Source: Longimicrobiales bacterium
Lineage (GTDB): Bacteria; Gemmatimonadota; Gemmatimonadetes; Longimicrobiales; Gaopeijiaceae
DNA: 64,000 bases
NCBI GenBank assembly: GCA_041690395.1
Contig: JAWLHJ010000005.1
Span: forward strand, 1 to 64,000
Reading direction: 5' to 3'
Numbering within the stretch: the first letter of the stretch is position 1; the number at the start of each line of letters is the position of its first letter. Shown in pieces: positions 9,782-18,732 of the stretch. Under the pieces are notes generated by a model. The model was given only the letters and a program-made list of their open reading frames with translations, did not search any database and had not been told where the DNA came from. Made by a program: the position numbers and the translations under genes.

Positions 9782-10476
9782 CCCGGACCGGGTCGGACGC
9801 GGCTCCGGCATCCCCTCGCTTCGTGCCGCTCGAAGGCCACGTGGAATACCCGCTCACGGAGATGCGGGCCAGGGCGGCGGAGTACCTCGGTGCCATGCGG
9901 CGCAGGCGAACCGTCCGGGACTTCTCCTCCCGCCCCGTGCCGAAGGACCTCATCGAGACGTGCATCGGAGCTGCCGGTACCGCCCCGAGCGGGGCGAACC
10001 ATCAGCCCTGGCGCTTCGTCGCGGTGTCGGATGCCGAGACGAAGCGGGCGATCCGAGCCGCCGCGGAGGAAGAGGAGCGGGCCTTCTACGGAGGACGCGC
10101 GCCCGACGAATGGTTGGAGGCGCTCGCTCCCCTGGGGACCGACGCGTCCAAGCCGTTTCTCGAGACGGCGCCGTGGCTGATCGTGGTGTTCGCCGAGAGC
10201 TGGGGCGCCATGCCCGACGGCTCCCGTCGGAAGAACTACTACGTGACGGAGTCGGTGGGGATCGCGACGGGAATGCTCATCTCGGCCCTCCATCTCGCCG
10301 GGCTCGCGACGCTCACCCATACGCCATCGCCCATGAAGTTCCTCAGCGAGATCCTGGGTCGACCGGAGAACGAACGTCCGTTCCTCGTGCTCGTGACCGG
10401 GTATCCCGCCGCCGAGGCGATGGTGCCCCGGATCACTAAGAAGCCGCTGTCCGACATCGCGGCGTTCGTGGAGTAG
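9778..10476 (+). CDS. Nitroreductase family, iodotyrosine deiodinase-like
   Basis: [18 protein letters not shown], lid [10 protein letters not shown]...[16 protein letters not shown]. Confidence 0.85.
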   Translation: MTRTGSDAAPASPRFVPLEGHVEYPLTEMRARAAEYLGAMRRRRTVRDFSSRPVPKDLIETCIGAAGTAPSGANHQPWRFVAVSDAETKRAIRAAAEEEERAFYGGRAPDEWLEALAPLGTDASKPFLETAPWLIVVFAESWGAMPDGSRRKNYYVTESVGIATGMLISALHLAGLATLTHTPSPMKFLSEILGRPENERPFLVLVTGYPAAEAMVPRITKKPLSDIAAFVE

Positions 10477-10477
10477 G

Positions 10478-10755
10478 TAGCAGGGTGCTGAAGGAGTGGG
10501 GTGGGTCGCGCACGAGGGTCTTGCGGATATCGTACAAGGAAGAGCGACGAATGCGATGTACTAACATCGGGGAGGAGCTATGACGCAGTACGGTGCCGCA
10601 ACCCCCTCGTGCCCTACGGGTTGGGGCGGCACAGCCCCATCTCCGTCGTTGGCACTCCTAGACGTAGCGCATTGCTATGCCTTCGTCGTGCCGCCTAGGA
10701 TCTGGGGCTGTGGCGCTCCCAACGCGGCCCACCCCACTCCTTCAGCACCCTGCTA
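10478..10755. mobile_element. 278-bp MITE-like structured repeat, copy 1
   Basis: 33-bp terminal inverted repeats (1 mismatch) starting TAGCAG; second copy at 26056-26333. Confidence 0.85.
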
Positions 10756-10757
10756 AC

Positions 10758-12674
10758 GTGGGCCAGGATGTGAACGGCGTCACCACGACCCCGGATCAGA
10801 CCCGCGCCTTCTCCAAGGCTCTGCTCCGGGATCTGCGCGCGCTCGAGCGGATGCTCTCCGAGGGCCGCTTCGAGTCGGGCGTGCGTCGCATCGGCGTCGA
10901 GCAGGAGATGTTCCTGGTGAACGACGGATGGAGGCCCACGCCGGCCGCGCTCGATGTGCTCGAGCGTCTCGACGGGCCGTTCGGCACCGAGCTGGCGCTC
11001 TTCAATCTCGAGGCGAACGTCGAGCCGCGACTGCTCGCGGGGCGATGCTTCAGCGATCTGGAGAAGCGGCTCGACACGCTGATCGAGGAAGTCCGCGGTG
11101 CGGCGTCGGCGGTCGGTGCCCAGGTCGTGCTCACCGGCATCCTCCCGACTCTCTCCAAGTCGGATGTCAGCCTCGAGAACCTGACGCCGATCAATCGTTA
11201 CAAGGCGCTCAACGGAGCGCTGTCCGCGATGCGCAACGGGGAGCCGTACAAGCTGCGCATCGAAGGCGCCGACGAGTTGAACATCGAGCACGACTCCGTC
11301 ATGCTCGAGTCGTGCAACACGAGCTTCCAGGTCCACCTCCAGGTCGATCCTGAACGGTTCGCGCACGTCTACAACGTCGCGCAGCTGATCACCGCGCCGG
11401 TCATGGCGGCGGCGGTCAACTCGCCGATCCTCTTCGGGAAGCACCTCTGGCACGAGACCAGGATCGCGCTCTTCCAGCAGTCCGTGGACACGCGGAGCGG
11501 CTCGGTTCACATGCGTGACCTTGCGCCCAGGGTGCGGTTCGGTGAGTCCTGGATCCGGGACGGAGCGGCCGAACTCTTCCAGGAGGATATCGCCCGCTTC
11601 CGCGTGCTCCTCACCCGCGACGTGGACGAAGATCCCATGGCCGTGCTCGACGGGGGCGGAACACCACAGCTTCAGGCGCTCCAGCTGCACAACAGCACGG
11701 TGTATCGGTGGAATCGCCCATGCTACGGCATCACCGACGGGAAGCCGCACCTGCGTATCGAATGTCGCGTGCTTCCCTCGGGCCCGACCGTCCGTGACGA
11801 GGTCGCGAACGCGGCGTTCTGGATCGGGTCGATCCTGGGCGCGGCAGAGGCGTACGACAGTATCCCGGAGCGCATCCAGTTCGATGACGCGAAGGCGAAC
11901 TTCCTCGCCGCGGCACGGCACGGGCCCAAGGCCGGCCTCCGTTGGCTGGACGGGAAGGTCGCAGGCGCACGCGAGCTGATCCTCGAAGACATGATTCCGC
12001 TCGCTCGTTCGGGACTCGTGTCGGCGGGGGTAAACGAATCGGACGTCGACAGCTACCTGGGCGTGGTCCGGGACCGGGTCGAGTCGAGGGCCACCGGCGC
12101 CCGGTGGATGCTGAACTCGATCCAGGCCATGAAGCAGCACAGCACTCGCGCGGAGTGGCTGACGGCGTTGACCGCCGCCATGGTCGCCCGCCAGAGGGCA
12201 GGAGCCCCCGCCCACATGTGGAGCAACGCACACCTCGAAGAAGGTGGAGGAGGCCGTCTGAGCTACCTGCGCGTCGAGCAGTTCATGACCACGTCCCTGT
12301 TCACGGTCCACGAGGACGAGCTGGTCGACATGGTCGCCTTCCTCATGGATCGCAATCAGATCCGGCACGTGCTGGTGGAGGACGACGGACACTCGCTGGT
12401 GGGCATCGTCTCCTATCGCTCCGTATTGCGACTCATGGCGGAAGGATTCGACCGTGCCGTCGAGCCGACTCCGGCGGTGAAGGACATCATGGAACGGGAC
12501 CCCATATCGGTGCAGCCGGACACCCGGACGCTCGACGCAATCGACCTCATGAGGCAGCACCGGGTATCATGCCTACCGGTGGTGTCGGACGGGAAGCTCG
12601 TCGGCATCGTCAGCGAGCGGGATTTCCTCCCGATCGCATACGACCTCCTGGAGGAACGCCTGAGAGGGGCTTAA
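10758..12674 (+). CDS. Glutamate-cysteine ligase (GCS2)-family COOH-NH2 ligase fused to a C-terminal CBS pair
   Basis: IGVEQEMFLV, ELALFNLE, SFQVHLQV, WNRPCY, HLRIECRVLP; two CBS repeats. Confidence 0.85.
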   Translation: MGQDVNGVTTTPDQTRAFSKALLRDLRALERMLSEGRFESGVRRIGVEQEMFLVNDGWRPTPAALDVLERLDGPFGTELALFNLEANVEPRLLAGRCFSDLEKRLDTLIEEVRGAASAVGAQVVLTGILPTLSKSDVSLENLTPINRYKALNGALSAMRNGEPYKLRIEGADELNIEHDSVMLESCNTSFQVHLQVDPERFAHVYNVAQLITAPVMAAAVNSPILFGKHLWHETRIALFQQSVDTRSGSVHMRDLAPRVRFGESWIRDGAAELFQEDIARFRVLLTRDVDEDPMAVLDGGGTPQLQALQLHNSTVYRWNRPCYGITDGKPHLRIECRVLPSGPTVRDEVANAAFWIGSILGAAEAYDSIPERIQFDDAKANFLAAARHGPKAGLRWLDGKVAGARELILEDMIPLARSGLVSAGVNESDVDSYLGVVRDRVESRATGARWMLNSIQAMKQHSTRAEWLTALTAAMVARQRAGAPAHMWSNAHLEEGGGGRLSYLRVEQFMTTSLFTVHEDELVDMVAFLMDRNQIRHVLVEDDGHSLVGIVSYRSVLRLMAEGFDRAVEPTPAVKDIMERDPISVQPDTRTLDAIDLMRQHRVSCLPVVSDGKLVGIVSERDFLPIAYDLLEERLRGA

Positions 12675-12683
12675 GACCTGCGA

Positions 12684-13868
12684 ATGACGGTGATCACGGA
12701 ATGGAGCGGCCCCCCCGGGGAGACGGTCCCCAGGGAACGGGTGCTCGCCCGGGCGAGGGGCGAGCTGCCCGGCCCCACACTCGTGTGTGTGGGCGCGATC
12801 CACGGCAACGAGCCTGCAGGGGTGCACGCGCTCCACCGGGTCGGACGCCACATCGAGGAGGCTGGAGGCCTCATCCGAGGCGATTTCGTCGGTCTCATCG
12901 GGAATCTGGGGGCCTTCGCCGAGGGGCGGCGGTTCGTGGAGCGCGACCTGAACAGGGGCTGGACCCGTGAGAGGGTCGGGCGGCTGACGCTCGCCCCGGG
13001 GGATGACCGTGACCTGCGCGCCGAGGACCTGGAGCAGCTCGAGCTCTCGAGGGAGATCGAGCGCGCGATCCGCGAGGCCCGCGGTCCCGTGTACCTGGTC
13101 GACCTGCACACGACCTCCGGGTCGGACGGCATCTTCACCGTGTTCGGCGACGCGCTCCCTCATCGCGCCTTCGCCGAGCGGTTCCCGATTCCCATGGTGC
13201 TGGGCCTGGAGGAGCTGGTCGACGGGACCATCATCCAGCACTACGGTGCCCGCGGGATCATCGCGGTGACGGTCGAGACCGGCCGTCACGACGCTCCCGG
13301 CTCGGTGGATCGGGCGGAGGCCGCGGTCTGGCTGGCGCTGGACGCGCTCGGCCTCCTGAGCGAGAAGGCCCGAGCCGAGGCGCTCGAGGGAGACCGCACC
13401 CTTCGTCGGGCCTCCGCTCACCTGCCCAGGGCTCTGGAAATGAGGCATCGGCACGCGGTCCGCCCGGGGGACGGCTTCCGCATGCGACCGGGCTACAAGA
13501 ACTTCGACCGCGTGGCGAGGGACGAGGTCGTGGCCTCCGACGCGGGTGGTGCGGTTCGGGCCACCGAGGCGGCACGTTTGCTCATGCCGTTGTACCAGGA
13601 CCAGGGGGAGGACGGCTTCTTCCTGGTGCGGAGGTTCAGCCCCTTCTGGATGTGGCTGTCGGAGCAGCTCAGGCGGGCCCGGGTCGATCGAGTCGCTCCT
13701 TATCTGCCCGGAGTGCGGCGAGTGCCGGGAGATCCGGATGCCGTCACGATCGATAGGCGGGTGGCGCGATTCTTCGCGAAGCAGCTCTTCCACCTTCTCG
13801 GCTTCCGGAGGGTCGAGGAAGCCGGTCCCCGACTCGTGATGCGCCGCCGCCCGAGGCACGTCAGCTAG
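12684..13868 (+). CDS. Succinylglutamate desuccinylase/aspartoacylase family Zn hydrolase
   Basis: HGNE, DLNR, DLHTT, VETG motifs. Confidence 0.88.
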   Translation: MTVITEWSGPPGETVPRERVLARARGELPGPTLVCVGAIHGNEPAGVHALHRVGRHIEEAGGLIRGDFVGLIGNLGAFAEGRRFVERDLNRGWTRERVGRLTLAPGDDRDLRAEDLEQLELSREIERAIREARGPVYLVDLHTTSGSDGIFTVFGDALPHRAFAERFPIPMVLGLEELVDGTIIQHYGARGIIAVTVETGRHDAPGSVDRAEAAVWLALDALGLLSEKARAEALEGDRTLRRASAHLPRALEMRHRHAVRPGDGFRMRPGYKNFDRVARDEVVASDAGGAVRATEAARLLMPLYQDQGEDGFFLVRRFSPFWMWLSEQLRRARVDRVAPYLPGVRRVPGDPDAVTIDRRVARFFAKQLFHLLGFRRVEEAGPRLVMRRRPRHVS

Positions 13869-13996
13869 CAGCGACCCGCTGGGGGACTTGACACCCTTCC
13901 GCGGGAAGAAAAATTCGAATCGGACCCGGTTCCGGGCGCCCCGCCCCGAATCGACCTGGCCCCATTCGACTTGGAGTACCTCAACCGGAGCATCAT

Positions 13997-15226
13997 ATGC
14001 GCGCCATGACCATGTCCGCGATGTCCGCGATCCCACTCGTACTCTTTCTGGCGGGATCCACACCTCCGGCTTTCGAGGCCCCACCCCCCGAGATCCCGAT
14101 CCACGCCGCGCCCGCCGAGAGCGGGTCGCGGGGGGCATCCGATGCCGTGGGCTCCGGCCTGACTCTGGGATTCGATCATGCCTGCCGGCTACTCGAGGGT
14201 GGAACAGCGCGGTGTTGGGGTGCCAACGACCAGGGCCAGCTCGGGGACGGCACGACCGAGCTGAAGGGCGTCCCGACCGACGTGGCGGGAGGGCTCTCGT
14301 TTTCCGCCCTTTCCGCCGGGCACAGGCGCACCTGCGGTATCGCCGGAGGACGCATCCACTGCTGGGGCACGCAGATTGCGCGCACGCCGGGCCAGCCGGC
14401 CGGTGAGCCGAGCCTGGAGCCGACCCAGGTGCCGGGGGACCGCACCTATACCGCGGTCTCCGTCGGCAATCAGCATGCCTGCGCGCTCGACTCCGCCGGT
14501 GCGGCGTTCTGCTGGGGACGCAACCACTCCGGAGAGCTCGGGGACAGCACGACCGAGGCACGCATGGAGCCCGTCGCCGTGTTCGGGGGACATCGCTTCA
14601 CCCACATCTCCGTAGGGGGTGACCACAGCTGCGCACTCGACGGGGACGGTCGGGCGTACTGCTGGGGGAGCAACGATTTCGGGGAGCTCGGCGCGGAGGC
14701 GACCGGGATGTCGTCCACACCGGTTCAGGTCGAGGGCGATGTCCGCTTCGAGTCCATAGACACGGGTTTCAACCGCACGTGCGGCCTGGCGAGCAACGGC
14801 GTCATCCACTGTTGGGGCGCCAATGGGCACGGGGCCCTCGGGGACGGGACGGACTCGGCGCGCGTCGCCCCGGCGCCGGTCGCCGGGGACGTCCGCTTCT
14901 CGCAGATCGCCGTCGGGAACCTCCACACCTGCGGGTTGTCACGGGAAGGCGCGGCGTACTGCTGGGGCTTCAACGGCTTCGGTGAGGTCGGAGACGGCTC
15001 GACCACGAGCCCCATGGAGCCGACGGGCGTGGCGGGCGAGCACACCTTCGGCGAGCTCGGCGCCGGGGCCTACAGGACCTGCGGGGTGACGTCCGCCGAC
15101 GAGGTCCTTTGCTGGGGACGCGATCCGTCCGGCGGGATCGCTGGCGCCGCCGTGATCCGACAGACGGAGCCGACGCCGCTGGTGGCGGCCGAGGCGCCGC
15201 CGGGCGAGCCGGTCAGTTCGCGCTGA
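13997..15226 (+). CDS. Exported RCC1-repeat beta-propeller protein
   Basis: Repeated H(S/T)C...CWGxNxxGxLGDG units. Confidence 0.9.
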   Translation: MRAMTMSAMSAIPLVLFLAGSTPPAFEAPPPEIPIHAAPAESGSRGASDAVGSGLTLGFDHACRLLEGGTARCWGANDQGQLGDGTTELKGVPTDVAGGLSFSALSAGHRRTCGIAGGRIHCWGTQIARTPGQPAGEPSLEPTQVPGDRTYTAVSVGNQHACALDSAGAAFCWGRNHSGELGDSTTEARMEPVAVFGGHRFTHISVGGDHSCALDGDGRAYCWGSNDFGELGAEATGMSSTPVQVEGDVRFESIDTGFNRTCGLASNGVIHCWGANGHGALGDGTDSARVAPAPVAGDVRFSQIAVGNLHTCGLSREGAAYCWGFNGFGEVGDGSTTSPMEPTGVAGEHTFGELGAGAYRTCGVTSADEVLCWGRDPSGGIAGAAVIRQTEPTPLVAAEAPPGEPVSSR

Positions 15227-16703
15227 CTGCCCGTCCGGCCGCCCAGGCGCGCATGTCGTCGATCCGTTCCCGCATGGTGACGGACAGGGGACGGGTGGCG
15301 GCGGCCTCACGCGCCAGGAGCTCCGTGTCGACAAACGCGTCGGTCGCGAACGCCGTGTAGAGGGCCGAGACGACGACTTCCTCGATCTCCGCGCCCGAGA
15401 AGCCGTCCGTGCGGGCGGCCAGGGCGGGAAGGTCGATGGTCGCGGCGTCCCGCGCCCTCCGTTCGAGATGGATTCGGAAGAGCTCCTCGCGCACCGCGCC
15501 GTCCGGAAGATCGACGAAGAACACCTCGTCGAACCTGCCCTTCCGGAGGAACTCCGGCGGGAGGCTGCGGACGTCGTTGGCGGTCGCGACGACGAAGACC
15601 TCCCCGGCGCGGTCCTGCATCCAGGAGAGGAAGCTTCCGAGGACGCGCTCACTCACGCCGCCGTCCTCGCCCCCGCCCGACGCGAACGCCTTCTCCAGCT
15701 CGTCGATCCACAGGACCACGGGCGCCATCCGCTCGGCGACGGCCATCGCCCGCTTGAAGTTCCGCTCGCTCTCGCCGATGTACTTGTTGTAGAGGTTGGA
15801 GGGGTCGAGCTTCAGCAGAGGTAGGCCCCATTCGCCGGCGACCGCCTTGGCCGACAGGCTCTTGCCGCAGCCGGGGACGCCGAGGAGCAGCACGCCCCGC
15901 GGGAACGCCAGACCGAAATCCCGGGCCCGCTCGGGTTCCCTGACGACGGCCGCGCGCTTGCGCAGCCAGGCCTTGAGACCCGCCAGATCGGCGATCTCGG
16001 CCAGGGCGTGCTCGACCGGGTAGTACTCGAGCAGCCCTTCCCGCTCGACGATGCGACGCTTGGCATCGAGCACGTGGCCGATGTCGTCGGACGTGAGCGC
16101 GCCGTCCTCGACGATCGCCTTGGTGAGCACCTTCTCCGCCTCCATGAGCGTCAGGCCGGCCAGATGCCTCACGAGCGCGCTCCGCTCGGCCTGCGACAGC
16201 GCGACCTCGACGTGGGTGGCGCGGGACAGGTCGCGGACGATATCTGCGAGGAGCGCTGAGAGCTCGGCCTCCGAGGGCCCGGGGAGGGTCACGTGGGCGG
16301 CGAGCTCGGCCAGCGGACGCGGTAGCTCGACGTCGTGTCCGGTGAGCACGACCGCGCCGTCGAGGGACGCGAGGCTCCGTGCGGCGTCCCGGGCGAGCGA
16401 CACGAGGAGATCCTGGTCCTTCAGGCTCGGGGCGAGCGACTCGAAGTGGTACACGGCCTCGATGCCGGCCACCGCGACATGGCGGAGCGCCTTCGCGGGA
16501 TCCTGAGTGTCGTAGATCGGGTCGTCGAGCCCGTGGCGACGCAGGCCACCCGATCGGGTCCAGGTGTAGAGGGGTAGGCCCATGCGGTCGGCGACATGGG
16601 CGAGCAGTGTCCCCGCGCGGGTCTCTTCTTCCGTGTCGAGATGCACGAGCCCGTGCCTGGACCGCATCAGCAGCTCGATGTCTCGAAGGGCGTCTTGTGG
16701 CAT
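15213..16703 (-). CDS. Ycf46-like AAA+ ATPase
   Basis: GVPGCGKS, VLWIDELEK, LRKGRFDE, WAAGRA C-terminus. Confidence 0.9.
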   Translation of the reverse strand: MPQDALRDIELLMRSRHGLVHLDTEEETRAGTLLAHVADRMGLPLYTWTRSGGLRRHGLDDPIYDTQDPAKALRHVAVAGIEAVYHFESLAPSLKDQDLLVSLARDAARSLASLDGAVVLTGHDVELPRPLAELAAHVTLPGPSEAELSALLADIVRDLSRATHVEVALSQAERSALVRHLAGLTLMEAEKVLTKAIVEDGALTSDDIGHVLDAKRRIVEREGLLEYYPVEHALAEIADLAGLKAWLRKRAAVVREPERARDFGLAFPRGVLLLGVPGCGKSLSAKAVAGEWGLPLLKLDPSNLYNKYIGESERNFKRAMAVAERMAPVVLWIDELEKAFASGGGEDGGVSERVLGSFLSWMQDRAGEVFVVATANDVRSLPPEFLRKGRFDEVFFVDLPDGAVREELFRIHLERRARDAATIDLPALAARTDGFSGAEIEEVVVSALYTAFATDAFVDTELLAREAAATRPLSVTMRERIDDMRAWAAGRAVSAN

Positions 16704-16814
16704 GCGAGATCTTATCTTGGTTTACGATCGACGCCACCCCGGGTGTCCCGGGAGCAGGTGTCCGAGCCGCGCGGCTCCCCCGAAACCCTGGATCCGACTC
16801 GATGGAGTGCCCCG

Positions 16815-17168
16815 ATGTCCGATAGGCTGACCGTGTACGAGAAGCCGACCTGCACCACGTGCCGCAAGCTGGTGACGCTGCTGCGAGAGGAAGGGATCGA
16901 CTTCGACCGGGTGAACTACGTCATCGAACCTCTCGATGAAGCGACCCTTCGGCGCCTGCTCGCGAAGGCCGGTCTCGAGCCGAGGGACGTTCTGCGGACG
17001 AGGGAGGCCGCGTACCGGGAGCTGGGTCTCGACGACGTAACCATCGACGACGAGACCGTGCTGCGAGCGCTCGTGGAGCACTCCGAGCTCCTTCAGCGAC
17101 CCATCGTGGAGCGCGGTGACCGCGCCGTGCTGGCCCGACCCGTGGAGAAGGTGCGCACCCTTCTCTGA
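16815..17168 (+). CDS. ArsC/Spx/YffB-family protein
   Basis: YEKPTCTTCRK, LLQRPIV. Confidence 0.85.
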   Translation: MSDRLTVYEKPTCTTCRKLVTLLREEGIDFDRVNYVIEPLDEATLRRLLAKAGLEPRDVLRTREAAYRELGLDDVTIDDETVLRALVEHSELLQRPIVERGDRAVLARPVEKVRTLL

Positions 17169-17290
17169 GCGGGCTGGCGAGCGGCGCGGCACCGGATTAA
17201 TCTGCGAAACGCGGTCGGGGTCGCCGTGCGACGCTCCGACGGGGGCGGCGGCGGCGCTACGTGGACGGGGATCTCGGGGAAGGAGGGGGC

Positions 17291-18427
17291 ATGCCGGAGG
17301 CTGCGAAGGGAGTCAGCGCGAGCGCCGGGGACACGGTGTTGCTGGTGGGCACGACCAAGGGCGCGTTCCTGGCCCGTCGCAGCCCGGACTCGTCGGAATG
17401 GGTCGTCGACGGCCCGCACTTTCCCGGCGAGGAGGTCTACGCCCTCGCGCTCGACGCACGGAGTGGAAAGCCGGTCCTCTGGGCCGCGCCCGGGAGCCCG
17501 TTCTTCGGAACCACGCTCCGACGCTCCGACGACATGGGGGCGACCTGGTCCGACGGGGAGGCGCGGCCGGTCCGCTTTCCCGAGGCGTCCGACCTCGCCC
17601 TCCAGCGCATCTGGCAGATTCGCCCGGGGCGACGGTCCGAGCCGGACACGATGTACCTGGGCGTGGAACCCACCTGCATCTTCGAGTCCAGGGACGGCGG
17701 AGACAGCTGGGCCCCGGTCGAGGGCTTTCTCGAGCACGAGCACCGACCCTATTGGACCCCGGGGAACGGCGGGCTCTGCCTGCACACGATCCTCCCTGAT
17801 CCCGACCGACCCGAGCGCATCGGCGTCGCGTTCTCGACGGGGGGCTTCTACCGGACCGACGACGGCGGCGAGAGCTGGAGGCCGAGGAATGTCGGGGTGC
17901 GGGCCGAGTTCCTTCCGGAGAAGCATCCGGAGTACGGGCAGTGCGTGCACAAGGTCGTACACCATCCCGAGCGACCCGAGCGGCTCTTCCTCCAGAACCA
18001 CTGGGGCCTCTACCGGTCCGACGATTGGGGCGATCGCTGGGTCGACATCGCCAACGGCGTGCCGTCCGACTTCGGCTTCGCCATGGCGATGCATCCCCGG
18101 GATCCGGATACGGTCTACATCGTCCCCTTGGAGTCGGACGGATTCCGGTGCACTCCGGATGCGAGGATGCGTGTCTACCGGACCCGGGACGCCGGCGCGT
18201 CATGGCACCCCCTGGAGGAAGGGCTCCCCCAGGAGGACGCGTACGAGACGGTGCTCCGCGACGCGCTGGACTGTGACGACGGCCGATCGGACGGTCGCGT
18301 GAGCGGCGTCTACTTCGGGACGCGCAGCGGGAAGCTGTTCGCGTCCGAGGACGACGGCGACTCGTGGCGGCTGGTGCGCGACGGACTCCCGCCGGTCGTG
18401 TGCGTCAAGGCGGCCACGCTGGCATGA
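17291..18427 (+). CDS. BNR/sialidase-like beta-propeller protein
   Basis: LLVGTTKG and repeated SxDxGxxW Asp-boxes. Confidence 0.88.
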   Translation: MPEAAKGVSASAGDTVLLVGTTKGAFLARRSPDSSEWVVDGPHFPGEEVYALALDARSGKPVLWAAPGSPFFGTTLRRSDDMGATWSDGEARPVRFPEASDLALQRIWQIRPGRRSEPDTMYLGVEPTCIFESRDGGDSWAPVEGFLEHEHRPYWTPGNGGLCLHTILPDPDRPERIGVAFSTGGFYRTDDGGESWRPRNVGVRAEFLPEKHPEYGQCVHKVVHHPERPERLFLQNHWGLYRSDDWGDRWVDIANGVPSDFGFAMAMHPRDPDTVYIVPLESDGFRCTPDARMRVYRTRDAGASWHPLEEGLPQEDAYETVLRDALDCDDGRSDGRVSGVYFGTRSGKLFASEDDGDSWRLVRDGLPPVVCVKAATLA

Positions 18428-18720
18428 GCGTCGTCCTGGTGCTTCCGTCCCAGCTGCGCGGATTGGTCGGAGGACGTGGCCGAATCGAGGTCGACGTCGC
18501 GGCGGATGGGGGATCCGCGACCACGGTGGCGGCGACGCTGGACGCGCTCCGGGAGGCCCACCCGGCCGTCTACGAGCGCATCGTCACGGAGCGTCGCGAG
18601 CTGCGTCCCCACGTCAACGTGTTCGTGGGGCGAGACGACATCCGTTGGTCCGGGGGCTTCGATGCGGTGGTGCCCGAAGGAGCAGAGGTCGTCGTGCTCC
18701 CGTCGGTCAGCGGGGGTTAG
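18424..18720 (+). CDS. MoaD/ThiS ubiquitin-like protein
   Basis: LRPHVNVFV and C-terminal SGG; ATGA overlap with the upstream gene. Confidence 0.88.
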   Translation: MSVVLVLPSQLRGLVGGRGRIEVDVAADGGSATTVAATLDALREAHPAVYERIVTERRELRPHVNVFVGRDDIRWSGGFDAVVPEGAEVVVLPSVSGG

Positions 18721-18732
18721 GGAAGCGGCCTC

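Noticed and set aside
10478..10755. Repeat interpreted as tRNA, CRISPR or riboswitch
   Set aside because: No cloverleaf or repeat-spacer array; it occurs in both orientations relative to host genes.
10677..10757. N-terminal extension of the ligase ORF
   Set aside because: Lies inside the repeat element; GTG at 10758 is more plausible.
10695..12560. Long antisense ORFs (also 21536-23623, 40030-42168, 49008-51044 and others)
   Set aside because: Shadow frames of motif-bearing genes; expected in high-GC DNA.
13865..13872. CTAGCAG resembling the element terminus
   Set aside because: No matching inverted arm or core follows.
13997..15226. Internal repeats as a DNA repeat array
   Set aside because: They are degenerate protein-level RCC1 repeats.
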